Positions 11,522-25,100 of a stretch of DNA of 64,000 nt are shown one piece after another (the first letter of the stretch is position 1; every line of letters starts with the position of its first letter). The DNA is taken from the NCBI GenBank assembly GCA_963575745.1, contig CAUYUJ010000038.1, forward strand, positions 1 to 64,000, given 5' to 3'. Source of the DNA: Prorocentrum cordatum (taxonomy: Eukaryota). The translations under genes were made by a program, and so were the position numbers. The notes under the pieces are model-generated. The model was not told the DNA's origin and ran no database searches. It saw only the letters and a program-made list of their open reading frames with translations.

Positions 11522-12977
11522 GAGTGGAGGCACCGGCGGCTCTCGCGCCGCTCGAAGGCGGTCCGCAGGCGCCTCCGGGGGTAGGGGTCCAGCCTGGCCC
11601 GCTTCTCGAGTCGGGGCCAGCCGTGGCGACGAGACGCCTCCAGGATGCAGGAGGGGAACAGCACACAGACACAATGAATCCTCGATTTCCCAGAACATAT
11701 GGGAAAATATGGGAAGCGGGGGGGAGGACAAAAACCCAGAAAATGTGTCAAACTGTGGGGGATCCTGTTGTTTGTGTACATTTATTTGTGTGTCCCAGGG
11801 CCACTTCAAGGATGTCCGAAAGGATTCAAGCAGTGGCGAGGCGTCCTGGTTGGCCTATCGGCCCACAAAGCAGTGTTCGAAGAACCTGATGTGGTTTGCA
11901 CAACCTGATGTGGTTGCAGAACATTTCTGGCTGTGGCTTCTTATCTAAACTCATCGGCTTTCTGTTCTAGGAGCATGGTTTTTGTTATTAACACATTTTG
12001 GGATGTTAAGAACATGTCGTGGCAGGCCTAGAGGAATGTCGGGACGGTTGGTCCCTGCCAAAAGGATGGAAGATCTACAAGGAGGGATGTCGTTGTCTCG
12101 GCAGGCCCTTCCTCCCAGAGGGACGGTTTTCTGAAGGTCCTGTGGGCCCCGTGAGGGCCCACGAAGTCCGAAAATCGCTCAACAACCTGCCGCTGAGTTT
12201 ATCTTCGGGACGCGAGGAGGTCGGGGTTCCCCTTGTCCGCGCACGTGCCTCGTGCCCTGCTGCGCTGACCCCTCCCTCTGCTTGCATGAGCCCTTGGGAT
12301 CTGTGAAGCTGCAGGTGCCCCTACGAAGTTCTAGCGTCGGCGACTTTCTATTGCTGGGCACCTTGAGGGCGGCTCCCAATGGTATGTTATTATCCCCGTC
12401 TGCTGGTTGACGGTATGTGGATGTTTTTGTCTGTGGGTGTTTCGTTCTGCACCCCTGTCGGGGTTCTGCCACCGGGGCCAGACATCCGACAGTCTCAAGT
12501 CGAGCTATCAATTCATAATTTTGTCAAGGTGGAGCTTGTTCCCCAATCAGTGCTTGCACTGAAGAGGTCCTAGAAGAAATTGAAAGATTTGGCGGAAGTT
12601 TCCCACCGATTTTTGGTGGCTGGCTGGGTTCCCGGGTTCCCGGGTTCCTGCTTTTTGGTTCCGGGCCGAATTCGGTGGGTTCCGGGTTCCCGGGTTCGCA
12701 GTCGATGTGATCAAACCATCCACTCATTGGGGTTGTCCTTGGGTGTAATTTTGTCAAACGGGAGCTCGTTCAACTCAAAGATGTCGGCTGTGCGGCGAAA
12801 TTCTGCAGCGACATACAGATCGATGAAGCATGCAAGAGCAGCGGCAATGGAGAGAGGGAGAGGACAACGGGAGGGATGTGCTAACTGCCGTCGGGAACTT
12901 TTGGATGGCGTGTCGCTCCGCCGGTTCTGGCCCACCACGCTCCAGTGCGACATGCTGTCCATTTCCTGGCCCCCCAG

Positions 12978-13174
12978 TGTGAATAGAACCCGTGTACTAC
13001 CCTCATATATACTCCTTATCCTCACCTCTCCTGCGCCTGGCCGTTTGGGCTCAGGTATTGGGACAGATCGATCAGACCTTTGATCGTGCAGGAGGGAAAG
13101 ACATCCATCTATCTCTCCTTCCCTTTACCAGCGGATCAGGGGTTCTGTACCCTTGCACTTCAACCCCATTCACA
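12978..13174 (+). repeat. 5' LTR
   Basis: 197 bp with TG...CA ends and a 7-bp terminal inverted repeat; 6 substitutions relative to the 3' LTR by eye; TATATA at 13006-13011. Confidence 0.97.
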
Positions 13175-13187
13175 GGTTATCAGCCCT
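13175..13187 (+). promoter_or_regulatory. Primer-binding site of the half-tRNA (anticodon-arm) type
   Basis: GGTTATCAGCCCT abuts the LTR and lacks the TGG of a 3'-CCA PBS. It differs by one base from GGTTATGAGCCCT, the initiator tRNA-Met anticodon stem-loop PBS of Ty5/Drosophila copia type. Confidence 0.8.
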
Positions 13188-13239
13188 TTAAAGCTCACTG
13201 TTCATCGAACCCCGCGTCGCGATCTCGCACGCGGCCTCG

Positions 13240-16200
13240 ATGAAACCCAAGCGGCGCATGCGCCGTAAGGGGTCCATCGGGGCCTCGCGTCCGAGCTCTC
13301 CGACGGCGCGACGGCTCGGTGACGAGTTGGAGAGCCTTAGAGCGGACTGTGTTGGTGTCCCAGGTACCCCCCCCAGTTCCGACGGACCCGAGGCGCGGCT
13401 AGCTGCCGAACTTCACCGCAGCGCCGCCCGCGGGGGGACAGGAGAAGGAGTAGGAACAGGTAGGAAAGAGTTTCGCACGCCTACCTTCGATCCTCCATCT
13501 CCTCCTCAGTCGGGAGCAATCCCAACTGCGTCAGGCGAAAGCCTCACTGGTCCTGATACTCCAGGGCGCTTTCGCGCTAACCGCCGATGGACCTCAGGTG
13601 CTGGTACCCCCAGCCCTGCGACCGTTCCTGTTGCGGAGCACGTAGCCACCTTCGAGGAACTCAGTAGACCAGCGGCGGCACAGCCGCAGACGCAGCACCC
13701 CAAGGTATCATCGGATGAGACACCACACACACACACGGTCCTAGTCGCAGCTCGTCCGCGCGCAACCGTCGTGGGGCCCCAGGCCCATACGGCGAGAGTA
13801 GGTCGAGCCCGCGTACAGCCTCTCAGAGGCCAAGCACTCCTCGCGAGAGGGAGCAGAGGGAAGCGCATGCTCCCCACCTCTCCATCTCAGACGACCAGCT
13901 GGCGGAAACGTCCGCCGCAGGTGAAATAGCTGAGCTCAGAGACCAGGTTGAAACCTTCGTGTCCAGGCATTACTCTGGACTACTGCAGAGCGTTCAGACG
14001 AACGCTGCCAGTACTGCAGCCATACGCCAAGATCTTGACGGAGCCTTAGGGATCATCGATTCCAGGATTGCCGAAGATCGACGCATAATAGGTGAACTGC
14101 AGTACCAGGTTGATCGTGAGGTGTCACACTCAGTTGAACGAACGGCGATGGTCGAGAACCTGCGCAACTACCTTGCGCAGATGGAGCAACAGCTTGTGCT
14201 CGTACGCGACACAGGCGTATCCGCAGTCAGGATCCTCCACGATGAGATCCACGACCAGCTCCGCAACCGACCAACACCAGCCGAGGCCACCGACCTTGGC
14301 GACGTTCAGTCTCAGATCAATAATCTTCGATCCCACATAGACCACACTACGGCGACGCTTCGCAACGAAGCACACACCAACTCGTCGAACCTGATCGACA
14401 TGTTGCAGCGCACTGAGAGAGTCATCACTCAAAAGCTTGATGCGACCAACGCTGTCGTGCAGCCACTCGCTAACCGGATCTCTGAAATCGAGCAGCGTTT
14501 TCCCGGTGTACAGGACGCCTTGGCAGAGTTGCGTGTCGGACGAGCCCAGACTGGCCAGCTGGATTCTCTCTCCTCCCACGGTTTACGATTTCGCCCGCCT
14601 CACTGACAGGTTGCAGGAGGTTGAGAAGGCGGCGGACCACGCGCAGTTGGAGCTCTCCCAGGTTATTCGTGAGAGAGATACTGAGAAAGTACGTGTTGAG
14701 GGGCACCTCGCACGTCTGGGAAGCGAGTTGGAGGCGCAAGGCGCCCGTCTCCGAGCCTACGAGCAACGACTTGATCGGTATTCACAACGTTCTCGGGATA
14801 CTGATGAGTACACACGCCAAAAGGTGGCCCAAATACACGAAGACATGACGAGCTGGACGAATCAGCTGATCGACCACGCCAACGACACCAGTCTTCACCT
14901 TCGACCTGCAACCGACCTACACAGGCCGACGGCAGCGTCCGCCGAAGCACCACAAGCTTCTGCAGGACAACGACGACGTACGTCACCAGGAGCAGCCTCT
15001 GCGGCAGCTTCTGCACAGACACGCCATGTGTCTCCTGTGCGCACAGAACCGACTACTGACGGTGTACCGATACCCTCACAACCATTGTCTGCGGTTTCGG
15101 TCAATACCACTACTCCTATCAAGGAGTCAGACACCGTCCGAGTCCCTGTCTTGCCTAAGATCACGCAGCTGCTCGAGTGGCAGCAAAAGGTACGGAAGAG
15201 CTTTGGCGCCGCCTCAGGGCGACCATCCAAAGCATATGCTTTCCTACGCGTGGCTGAACAGCCCGAGTGTACCTTCGAGGACTTACAAGACAGTTGAGAC
15301 TTTGAGAGCATCGATTGCAAACTCGCTACCGCTCTGAGCGACATCTTATCCTCAGACTCGCGCTACCAAATCAGGCTCATCGAAACCAGAGCACAAAGCA
15401 GGACGCATGCTCAAAGGACGCCAGATCTACTGGCACATTCTACAGTCCTACAAAGTGACAGAAGTTGATGACGACCTGCACGACTTCGAGCGCCTTAAAG
15501 AACTGAGGGTGAGAAATGAAGATTTGCAGCGTTTTATTACTGACTGGGACGCTTTACTATTTGAGTGCCGAGAAGCACCCGACCCAAAGATCTTGGAATC
15601 TCTGTTTCGTACGCAGATTCGGAGACATGCCTGGATGAAACAAGACATGTACGAGTACCAGCGCATGAAGATCAGCGACCCGAATCGTACCTATGATTGG
15701 CTCCGACAGCGCGTCCTGGACGTACTGGAGCTCAAACAATTGGAGAATAATCAGGATAAGTTACGGTGCGAACATGAGACACGTTCTCAAGTCAATGTGT
15801 GCGTTGCCTGGAAGGAAGGCAATTGTCGCAATGGTGAACGATGCAAGGCTTTGCATACCTATTCCAGGGATTGGAAGAACAACATATCTTCCAGAGCATC
15901 GACAGCTGGTGGCAACTCCCGCCGCAGCGTGTCAACTCCTGCGAATCACAAGAAGCCAACATCGAAACCATTTTGCTTCGAGTTCGCCAAGCGCAACACA
16001 TGCAACAGAGGCGGCAAGTGCAACATTCCACACGTTGCACAGTGTAAAGACTTCGCACAGAACAAGTGCCCTAAGGGCGACAAATGCAAATACGCTCATC
16101 TTACACCTGGTGCGAAGACCCCCGAGCGAAGCCCGAGTCGACCACGGGCCTCCAGTCAGTATAGTCGCGGCCGATCACCACCCCGCGGATCAGGAAGCCA

Positions 16201-16636
16201 ACGTTCTTCACAACGCGTGGGGTTCCGCTACGCAAACGACTCACGCCATGGACGTGACAACCGACGCTACTACGACCGACCCCGTTCATCCTCCAGGAGG
16301 TCTCCAGACTCTCGAAGTCAATCGAGAAGTCGTTACGACAGATCTTCGAGATCTACCTCCCGAGGACGAGACAACCGTGGCGGCGGACGTGGCAGCCCAC
16401 GCGGCCGTGATAGATCGTACGGTAGTGACAGAGGGCGTGGCAGACGTTCCCCGAGCCGTGGCTCGCCCCGTGGTTCCCCCCACGCCAGAGCACGTTCTCC
16501 AGCCAACTATCGACGTTCACGCCGTTCCGACCGCAGTTACGTCATTCGTGACAAGACCCTCACGGCCAACACTAAGGTCACTACGACATCTACCAAACCA
16601 CGCCGTCGGATACGCTTCGGCACACGTAATGTGTAA
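13240..16636 (+). pseudogene. gag: Gag-like region: N-terminal low-complexity and coiled coil, helical core, three CCCH zinc fingers, RS/RG-rich tail
   Basis: Stitched from ORFs 13240-13929, 13959-14606, 14437-15297 and 15407-16636. Fingers: CVAWKEGNCRNGERCKALH, CFEFAKRNTCNRGGKCNIPH, CKDFAQNKCPKGDKCKYAH. Lies between the PBS and the protease. Confidence 0.75.
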
Positions 16637-16834
16637 TACTACCTACATACCGTATCTGGCAGGGCCAGGCTGGACGAGTGGAAGGAGATGCCGAACGAGG
16701 GTGACATTGTCATTGTACCAGACCCGATATCACAACGATGGTGGGATCAAAGTGCAGACGCTCTACGAGAATGTCAAAAAGAGGCACAGCTGTGGTACAA
16801 AGATCTATAGGACTACCGACACAACAAGGAGTCG

Positions 16835-17290
16835 GTGGTCACACCAACTGCGATCCGAGAATACGATGACGCTGTCAAGCCGTCATCAAAGACAGCCCAG
16901 ACGAAGACAACGACGATGCAAGTCGACCCACCACGCTCGACCGCTGCATTGACACGATCTTGGGTTCTCGACAGTGGTTCTGCGCATCATATTCAGGGTA
17001 AACACGAACTGACGCAGACCGAATCGGATCGCATATCTCTTCGCGAAGAGCATATTCTGGAAACTGCCAATGGAGATCGTACTGTCAACGAGCACTACGA
17101 CATACGGCTACCCTAGGTTGGCTTACATAGGTCAGCCCTTGCCTTGCCAGACTGTCCATCTTTACTATCAGTTGGGAAATTGATTGAGGTTGATGGCTTT
17201 CGGCAGCTTTGGGATCCCGAGCTGGGCTACTTGCTTCAGGATCCGGGGGGCCAATGGTATAAGATTCCAGTTAACAATAGAGTTCCAGAA
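16835..17290 (+). pseudogene. Aspartic protease (in-frame TAG at 17114)
   Basis: WVLDSGSAHHI at 16961-16993, then ETANG and LLSVGKL; same frame as the end of gag and the integrase. Confidence 0.9.
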
Positions 17291-17719
17291 TTACGACTCG
17301 ACGACCTGACACTGATACCACCACCACGTCTATGCACTTCGTCAGCACCCCGACGTCGTCAGCGCAAGCGTTCATCCGCCCGCTGCAACGACATATGTTG
17401 GTGCTGCAAAACTACAGAGCAGTCAACAACTGCAGATGAGCTGCGGCCCCACATAGGGACCTGCCCCAAGAGACCACATGTCGGCGAGGGAGGAGGAGCA
17501 CGGACCGCCACGGTCGAAGAACCTCCCGACACAAATAACCCCGAGCCTAACGTGGACACACCCACCGACTCGCTTATGTCTCAGACGCAGTGTTCTCCTC
17601 CAACATGCGGGGGGCTAGTAGAGTCAGCTCAAGCAGATACCGACATACCGACAGAGACGATCACACTAGTGCACCACGACAATGATCGCGTTCTTCCAAG
17701 TAGACAGAAGAAACCGATT

Positions 17720-18610
17720 GACCCTATGCATTACATGACCCACAGTCCAAAACACCCAGACTGTGAGATTTGTTCTCGCACGATGGCGCAGAATGCTCAG
17801 TGTCGACGACAGCGCAAGCCACATCCACCGGCAGACCCCACCGACGAGGATGCAGCCTACGAGGCTTTTATCCCGAAGAAATTTGGGGACGCCCTAACTG
17901 CCGACCATATCGTCTTGGCCAAAGACGATGCCGCAGACAAGCACGGCGACAAGTATGCACTTGTTGTCCTGGATAGATACACCGGCATCTTCATGGCTTA
18001 CCCAGCACTGCACAAAGACGCAGCTACCACAAAGGCATCCTTTCAACAGTTCATCGCCGCGAACGATGAGGTGAAGCATATCTACACAGATAATTCTGGA
18101 GAGCTTCAGAAGGCTTGCCGCCAACTGGGACGGAGACATGACACTAGTGCGCCGCATCGTCCGCAAACGAATGGATTGATCGAGCGCATCATCAAGATTG
18201 TCATTCTCGGTGCGAGAGCTGTGTTGCATATGTCTGGTTTGGGACATGAATGGTGGAAAGAGGCCATGCAAGCCTTTTGCTGTGGACATAATTTTGCGCA
18301 TCCATCCACGGGCGTTGCTGCCCTCAGCGAGGGGCACGTCGACAAGACAGCTCATGAAATACGTTTTGGAGAAAGTTTTCACGGGCACTGCATTCCATTT
18401 GGTGCTCGGATCTTTTGGAAATGCCTCAACCCCGAGATTAATAACGAGATTGCAAAGTTCAAAGAAAACACTCGGGAAGGATTATTCATGGGTTACCATT
18501 TACACTCTGGTGGACGATGGTCAGGTGATTATCTTGTCTTGGACACGGCTACATACGCCAAGACCCCCGATGGGGAACTGTGTCACGTACACAGAGTCAA
18601 AGACATCATC
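17720..18610 (+). CDS. Integrase (HHCC zinc domain plus DDE core)
   Basis: HYMTHSPKHPDCEIC; ALTADHIV (D), IYTDNSGE (D), PQTNGLIER (E); C-terminal PFGA and GLFMGY. Confidence 0.92.
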
Positions 18611-19739
18611 GTCCCCGATGGCAAGTTCACCTACCCAGTGAAAGAAGGTGCTCTGCGACACCACAACCCTGAGGCACACAACGAGGTCAAGGCATCTACC
18701 TCTCGCCCCTTGGGCGACAAACCAATGCCCGATCCCCCACTTTCCTACCCTAAAGAATGGGATGACCCGTCTATGATGACAACGGAAGACAACACCGCTG
18801 ATATCCACGCATCGGCCTCTGAAGTCGCTGCACCAGCGCCGGAGCCCGACTACTGGGAACAACGCGGATATTGCGTCATCAGCCCTATACGTATTCCACG
18901 CAAGAAATTGTTCATACCGACGGACGACGTCATGAACATACCTGTACCTGTTGATCAGCTCGACGTGACACGAGATTTCGATTCGACTTCTACCTTTGAA
19001 GGAGAAAGTGTCTTTCGCGATGTTTGGGGCGGTGTCAGCGCCAACGACCACGGGGGGTTGAGCGAGCCATGGACCGGCCTGGTTCGATTCTATGAGCTTC
19101 CAAAAATAACACCAGATGGAAAAATGGTGGTCCGTGGCCGCGAGACACGTGTACAGACTACTACGCGTCCTGATCACATTCTTCCCGAGCATTGGAAAAC
19201 CTTATCTCGTGAACAGCAAAAGAAAGAAATCGAGTGCGCCGAAGATGTTAAACGAGCTCGTGAGATTCCTGACCGAGCTGCACTTCGAGCGTGGACAAGA
19301 CAGGACAAACAGGCCAACAATTTCCGTACCACTACAGCTGGCGGACCCACATGGAATGCTGTGGAACGAAGGATTACGTACGACACTGGCAACGGCGCGG
19401 TCATCCGTGACGAAAACGTCAAGGGCGTGACGAACAAAGAAATTCTGTATGCCAAACTACCTGGTGGGCCACGTGACATTACTACGGTACTGTACTACCG
19501 CCAACCCCCACAACAGCATGCTGGAGACGAACGTGCTTCGGTGCTTGTGGATAGTGAGGGGGCCGACTTTGGGACCATGAGCCCGCTTATACGCCAGTTC
19601 ACCCAGTCGGTAGCAGTGCCCACTATGCCGCGTGAGACGACCTATACACCGGCACACAGAGACAAAATTCCCGATTCCTCATGGGCACGCCCGGCCCTAG
19701 TTACCAGAAGTCTGAGTAAGAAAGAAGTTGCCGCAGAAC

Positions 19740-22071
19740 CACGTGCACAGGAAGCCCTACGAAAAGAATACGAACGACTGGAGAAGAAACAAACGTGGAT
19801 GTTGGAGATTGTTGCAGAAAAAGCTGATATTGAGCCACAAGCTATTCGTACTGGGACGAAAGTTCATTTCTTCAATATCTTGGAGCTATCTTCAGTCAAA
19901 CACGAGGAACTTCCACTTGATCTACGCAATTCAAGGGCCGAGTGGTGGTTCAGGGCCACACAGGCAAAGATGGAACTGGTTTGGCCGCCATATTCGCCGA
20001 CGCCGCTTCCAGTGCTTCGCATATTGAGGCTTCCAAACTTTGCGATGCTACTGCATTATTGCCACAATATGCGGGCGAACAAAGTGATGCACCTGGAGCC
20101 TACACGCAGGCATTACTATACGGCGACGGACGAATCGATCCAGTTGATACTTGGATTACCATACCCAAATGGCGCCAACCGACATCCTGGTCAAAATACA
20201 AGAATCCAGTGTGCCGATTACGATTGGCACTATACGGACACCCTCTCGCAGGTGTCTTTTGGGAACGAAAGTGTCGCATATGCTTGGAAAATGCTGGTTT
20301 CGAGCCTATTCCAGGATGGGAAAGCGTATGGAGACACAACAAACTGGGACTGATACTTTCAGTATACGTGGACGACTTCAAATTAGCCGGACCAGCTAAC
20401 AATCTACAGGCTGGCTGGGACTATATCCGCAAAAGCGGTATTGACTTGGATCCACCTACTCCATACTCACAATATCTTGGCCGTGGACAACAGGCATACG
20501 ATGTACCGCAGAACATATTCGACAAGAGAATGTCTACAATACGACCTATGTTGCCCGTACACAGTGAGAAAGATTACAATACAGCCAAACAAGTTCGTGG
20601 AATTCGACATGACATGCTTGGTTTTACTGATCAGTGCATTGAGCGGTACCTGGAATGCGCTTCCAAGCGCGCCCAGGGACCAGGGTCACGTCGGAAACGG
20701 TCCGACTCGCCGAGGACTTCGCGATCCAAATCGCCTGTCTCCTCCGGGTCGGTCGCCAGACCTACTAGCGTGCTCAACGCGCGGCCGCGATTATCCAGCC
20801 CGGCAAGATCGGTCGATACACCATCTACTACAACAGAACCCATACCAGTCACATACGATGACCTACCTGACGCCGAGACCCCTGGCATCGAGGACACCTC
20901 CTTCACCGATTCCGATTGCTCCGATGAGGGCATCCTTGGCCAGGACGCAGCGAGTGTACTGATGGAGATTCTCTACCTGGCACGTTGCTGTCGTTTCGAT
21001 CTTCTACATCCAGTATGTATGCAAGCCAGAGAAATTACCAAATGGAATACCACGTGTGATAAACGTCTACATCGATTGATATGCTACATCAAAACGACGC
21101 GCACACATTGTTTACACGGATGGATAGGCGATTCGTCAGACAAGTCATCCATCATGCCCTTCACTGTCGATTGCATTCGCCATTGCAATACATCCTCTAA
21201 GTCCACTACCGGCGTCTTCGCCGCGCTTGTTGGACCTAATACGTTCTTCCCGGTCAACGCTGTGTGTAAGAAACAAACGGTTGTATCGCATTCATCTACA
21301 GAATCTGAGATCGTTGCTCTTGACTCAGCACTACGACTGGAAGGACTACCACTACTCTCATTCTGGGAAGCCGTGGTGGGAGTTGCCAACACATGCAAAG
21401 AGAAGAATTCTTGCCTGGGCTGCCAGGGACGCGCCGATACGGCGACGTGTCCGACGTTGGCCGCCAAAAAGAAGAGGCGCAAGCCGTCGCCTCGCAAGGC
21501 ACCCCCCACAAGGGGATCTTCTCCTAGCCGTAGGCAACTACCGCTGAAGACGGAGTTACCTACGCCTCCAAAGAGGCGTACGATATCCCATGAGGGTACC
21601 GCATTGCACGTGGATCCAAAACCTGCTCAGGAGATCAGCTCTCCCAAAGTGCGTCTTATCGTCCTCGAGGACAACCGGGCCGTGATCAAAATTGTCCAAA
21701 ATGGACGTACACCAGCACTTCGTCATCTTCATCGTACTCATCGTATCAACCTGGATTGGATATGTGAGACATGCCAATTTGAACATATTGAGCTCAAGTA
21801 TGTAGGTACAAAAGAGCAGATTGCAGATATGATGACCAAACATTTCGAGCCAAAGAAAGCAGACCTCTGGAAGGACCTCTTGGAACACTCGCTCATATTT
21901 CCCGTTACTCCGGTACAATGTCCTCCAAAGAAACTATGGAAACCACTGAAAGGGCCACGGAGGCCCGACGGTTTACCTCATGTTTCTGAACCTCCAAAAC
22001 TGGATGGATGTCCGGAAGTATGCAAAATCTTACTTACAGAGAATAAAAGATGGGGCGAGGTAGGATCATAA
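19740..22071 (+). pseudogene. pol: Copia reverse transcriptase and RNase H (one-base frameshift near 19929)
   Basis: KGRVVVQG, SDAPGAYTQA, LRLALYGHPLAGVFW and SVYVDDFKLAG; RNase H motifs SSTESEIVA, LEDNRAVI, RHLHRTHRINLDW and QIADMMTK. Confidence 0.95.
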
Positions 22072-22122
22072 TGTGGAATGCAATGCGTTGGATAAGCCAA
22101 TCACGAGGGCATATGTGCATGC

Positions 22123-25100
22123 ATGTACCACATTGGAGCACCCGCTGCAGCTACCGGTTCGCGCACACCTCGTTCGAGAGCACGTTCCCCGCATGGTAGA
22201 CAACCCCGCCACCCTCCCTCACCTCCGCAGAATACAGAGAGGTCTAGGACACTCATTATGCGTTCGTGCCGCAGCAATTTTACGACTCGAGCTACAAAGC
22301 GTACAAGCATCCTGTTCGCCGTGTGCGAGGCGCAAATAAGTGAGATCGGTTCTAATCCCGATACCCCCATCCCCGAGATGGATCAGGCACAGCCGCTCCG
22401 CCTCGTCGGCTGGCCCATCGGCTGCGACGCCGAGTACGACCCGAACGCCAAGGACGACGACCGCGTGGGCTTCACGTACCGCGCTCAAACTGGTCGCCCT
22501 CGTGATCCTGATGATGGATACATATACATACATCAACGGCGTGCTGATCGCAGTGCAAATTTTGAACTCCGCGTACCCGACGAATCCACTATTCGAGAAG
22601 TTGCCCGCTCTGCGTCCGCTGACGTCAAGAGTTGGATCAGCGAAACTGGTGGAACAGTCGGCGCCGACGCCAACTACGAGTACAGCACGATTACGGCTAC
22701 ACCATGGCTGTCTTTCATGAGGGCCATGTGCATGATCTCCAGCCTCTTCACTCGTAACTCGTCTGTACAAGAAAGTGTTCGTGGTTTACATGATCATTTG
22801 AACGCGGTGATCCCAGGGGCACACCGCAAGTGTCCGCCAATGGACCTTACGACGGTGATATTGAAGACGGAGTGGATTATGATTCACAACGATTGGTCCA
22901 AAGTTGGCAGTGCAGTACTGGGACAATATGCCGAGGACAGCGTTCAGGATACAAAATACTATTATGGAAATGGTCTTTGTGCACCTTCTGATGTATACAG
23001 CAATGGGTTGACAACTCCAAGCTATGCTCCTAAACTTGATCGTGGAAAGATCAAGTTACCCACGCGCCGACCTGGCTTAGCCAGGACATCAGATACTGCG
23101 GGACACATCGGCCACGCTGTCGAAGATAACCTTGTCACCGAAATGAGGGCATTTTCCGACATTAGCCAGACAAGCAAATTCCGCCGCAAGCTCAGTACAT
23201 GGCTGACTGCACGCGGAGGCTTTGGAGGTATCGGATCATACTCCAAGACGGCGGCAACACCATCCGATCACCCAGACGGCTGGCAGGCACTACCAGAGCA
23301 CGACGAAACTATGACGAGTACTTATCGTTGGCAACCATACGACGAGGGCTCTGTATTCATCGGCGAGGCCCCCACTGAGATTGACCCTGGTCTTACTCCT
23401 GGTCCTGATATTGACCCACTCGGGCTAGAACAAGCAAAGTGCAGCGCGTTTTGTGGTGGCCGGTTGGTTTCTACTCTTCTTTCAGACAACGGGTGGTACT
23501 CACTCGTACAGGAAGATCTGGGACTTCTCTTGCATCATGCCTTCGGTACATCAGGGCACGCATACAAATGGACAAACTTGTACACCGATTCAACATGGAT
23601 TCTGCAGCCCAAGAAAGGGTCCAAGGCCGCCAAGCACAATAAGTACCCAAGTCACGGCATCGACGAGCTCAACAGTCCACGGAAGCGAGACCATCTCGCC
23701 AAAGTATCAAACGTTGGTCTTGTACCGTTATTTATGCCGTGCCTCTATCGCGCGGAATGCATGGGTGGCGCTACCCTCGAGCACTTGTCGACCATCATCC
23801 GCGACGACATCATGATGTGGGCATTCTCCTTTGGCAATTACAAAGAATGGTTCAAACAGAACGACGCGCCGATTGACCAGGACTGCATTCAATTGCCAGA
23901 GGCTGGTGGAGACACCCGCTGTGATATGGCAGAGCTCCGTGAACAGCGTACGCAGACACAGGAGAGCCGCACCACAGCTATTCTCAACAACCAGTTCGAG
24001 TCCACCCTCGATCCGCGAGGCCAGAGGCCTGATGATATACAGCGACAGTGCCTCTATCAAAAAGTGGCGTGAATTAAACGAGGTCATCTGGGAATATTGG
24101 GCCAATGATTTTCCTGCATACGTAAAACAAAGGCACTATTGCAGAGGCCTCAATGCCACGGCGGCATGGAGCGCAAACGACATCGCATGTGCCAACCACG
24201 GACATAATACCGTGGACATGCGTCGCCACGGGGATCGTGCACCTACTTCTGTGCGCGAGCTCCAAAATATGGAATGTGAGGGCGGCGTCCCGACGCTTAT
24301 GCCAGTACACGTACAAGTGGATGTATCACGCTTTATTGATGTGATGCAGTACTTCCGTTGCCCTACGGTTATGGGGCCAGGCAAAGCAGCACAATGGGGC
24401 GTGCATCCGAACTTCGATTACCACACGGACGATTTGGTCAAGACGATGCAAAATCGTGGTATTACAGTTCTTCCATCAGGCCACTGGGTAGAAGCGTACG
24501 ATAGAATTACGCCTCAGGCTTGGCACGCAAAACAGAACAACCACAACATGGCGATGTTTACGACACAGTTCTGTGACGCAGTATGCTATCGTAATTTCTG
24601 TGCTTTGATCCAGTCACTGCCTTCTCAGCCGTATCCGTTCATACCTCCCATCACGACTCCTGTTACGGACGAGCAGGCCTACAGACAGGCCAAAGAGATC
24701 ATGTAGGCTCTTGACTTTAGAGAGAGGATCACAAACGAATGGAAGAGAGATCCCAGCCTCACGACGCTGATGACACAGACAGCAGGCGAGATGGCTCATT
24801 GTGCTTGGATGGCATCATGTGCCGATGGTACGCTGCCGGCATCACTGCCTGCTACCGCAGGTGACCCAAGCATACCTATTCCTGGAATCCCGGCACAGCC
24901 ACCAGCACTTGATCCTCGCGAGCCGAACAAGGCTATTCCTCAGAACGATCCACTTGGTCCTGCATATGACGAGTTATTCAGTTCCCTCTTACTGCTGATC
25001 AACGACTACCCTGGGGAATGGGCATCCTGGGATTCAGTCGAGAAACAAGAGCTCCTCCACCCCAAGATCATTAAAACAGTTGAAGATGCACATGCTGTTA

